Shown: one piece after another, positions 62,560 through 64,000 of the stretch
Layout of the letters: every line of letters begins with the position of its first letter
Numbering within the stretch: position 1 is the stretch's first letter
Origin: Antechinus flavipes
Lineage: Eukaryota
Assembly: GCF_016432865.1 (NCBI RefSeq)
Contig: NC_067400.1
Span: 295,864,001-295,928,000 of the forward strand
Reading direction: 5' to 3'
Length of the DNA: 64,000 bases
Made by a program: the position numbers and the translations under genes
Notes under the pieces: generated by a model
What the model was told of the DNA's origin: nothing
The model's input: the letters and a program-made list of their open reading frames with translations, nothing else
Database searches by the model: none

Positions 62560-63870
62560 GTGTGTGTGTGTGTGTGTGTATGTGTGTGTGTGTGTGTTGT
62601 TGTTGTTGTTGTTGTTGTTATCCATTTTTGAAGAGGACCAAAGTGATATCACTATGTTAAAATCGAATTACAATGTGTCTGACTGTGGCTGATCAGACTA
62701 ATAGGACCTTAGAATGCTTTGCCACAGGTAAGACACAAATAGTCCATATGAACATTTGGGGTAGCTTCTCTAATTTTATGTATTTCATGTTTCCTTTGGG
62801 CTAATTCAATCCTACTTTGCTCATATCTGATATCTTACCTACCAGTTGATCTTCAAAATCTTTCTAAGACAATTTAAATAGAAGTGATTCAGTTTCCTGG
62901 CATGGCATTGATATACTGTCCAAGTTTCATACCACAATGAGGTCAGCACAATCTGTAGACCTTCAGTTTGGTAGTCATTCTAATACTTTTCCTCTCCCAC
63001 ACTTTCCTATGCAGCTTCCCAAACAGACCCAATTCTGGCAATGTTTGTCAATCTCATTATCAATGTGGACATCTCTGGAAAATATATGGCCAAGGTCAGT
63101 GAACTTATCCACAGCATTCAAAACTTCACCATTTACTGTAACTGATGATTCCATATGTGGATGGTGTAGTGCTGCCTGATGAAGGACTTTTCTTGGTCTT
63201 TCATTAATACGTTTCTTGGTATTAATTTTTAGACCAAAATTAGCACAAGGAGCAGAGAATTGATCCAAATTTTGTTGCATCTCTGCTTCAGAGGCTGCAT
63301 TGAGTGCACAATGATCTGCAAACAAAAATTCATGCATTAACACTCGCTCTACTTTTGTTTTGCCTTATAGCCTTTTCAAGTTGAAGAATTTACCATCGGT
63401 ATGGCAGCTGAATTTGATGCCATGTTTGTTTTCATTGAAAGTGTTTGATAACATGACTGAAAACATCATGAGATAAAGCATGGGAGCAAGCACACAGCCT
63501 TGTTTTACTCCATTGTTGACTTAGAAAGCTCAAAAGTATCCAGGGCCCAGGCAAGCATGCCTCCATGAAATTGATGTATTATACTGATGAACTTCTCTGG
63601 GCAACCAAATTTTAACATAATTTTCTATAGAGGTCTTGTGGGAAATTATGTCAAAATTCTGACAGTATCAAAGGCCTTAGTCAGAACTACAAATGTATAC
63701 AGACCTTTGTTCTACTCCTGGAATTTTTCCTGCAATGGTTGAGCAGTAAACACCATTTGACTGTTCTTTGGTCCTTTCTGAAGCCACAGTTACTCTCAGG
63801 TAGATGACCTTTTTTTCCAGTATAGGGTCATTCTATTAAGGAGGACTCTGGCAAGAATTTTGAAACAGAA
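62560..63870 (-). mobile_element. RTE LINE, 5'-truncated and internally deleted, with decayed reverse transcriptase and (CAA)n/(CA)n tail
   Basis: NGVKQGCVLAPML (~63475-63515); FLFADHCALNAASEAEMQQNLDQFS..CANFGLKINTKK and VDKFTDLG motifs; KILARVLLNR (~63830-63860); RTE 3' end at 62600-62820. Confidence 0.93.
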
Positions 63871-64000
63871 CCAAATAACATGTTTGGTTTAAAAATATTT
63901 TTCATATCTCTTTTTATTTCAAACTAACCACAATATCGTTCATTTTAAGGATGTGATGGTTGACAGCAATTAGTATTTTATAATTGGGAAAAATATTCTA

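Noticed and set aside
62937-63179. 80-aa plus-strand ORF
   Set aside because: Antisense to the RTE reverse transcriptase remnant

Overview
64 kb of AT-rich mammalian genomic DNA with three assembly gaps and no gene I can name. The repeat families, recognised from memory rather than by database search (WSINE1-type tRNA SINEs, marsupial L1 3' ends, RTE LINEs, RTE-tailed SINEs, MIR/Mar1, L2, CR1), point to a marsupial, probably a dasyurid such as the Tasmanian devil (inference). It reads as a large intron or intergenic region that is mostly transposable-element debris. Notable content: (1) five young 5'-truncated L1 3' ends, four with clear target-site duplications (TSDs); (2) about eight LTRs between 30.2 and 40.3 kb, several being solo LTRs with 4-bp TSDs, including a three-level nest (L1 inside LTR inside LTR); (3) a solo LTR (35366-36355, TSD CTAT) whose U5 end holds a tandem array of 'LTR-end + tRNA-Glu primer-binding-site' units; (4) a 1034-bp, internally deleted pogo/Tc2 (Passer-like) DNA transposon with near-perfect 23-bp TIRs and an open transposase C-terminal frame; (5) a few low-confidence exon candidates, the best being a minus-strand signal-peptide-like first coding exon at 16447-16558. 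Most ORFs in the supplied track are artefacts of N-gaps, simple repeats or antisense repeat sequence.
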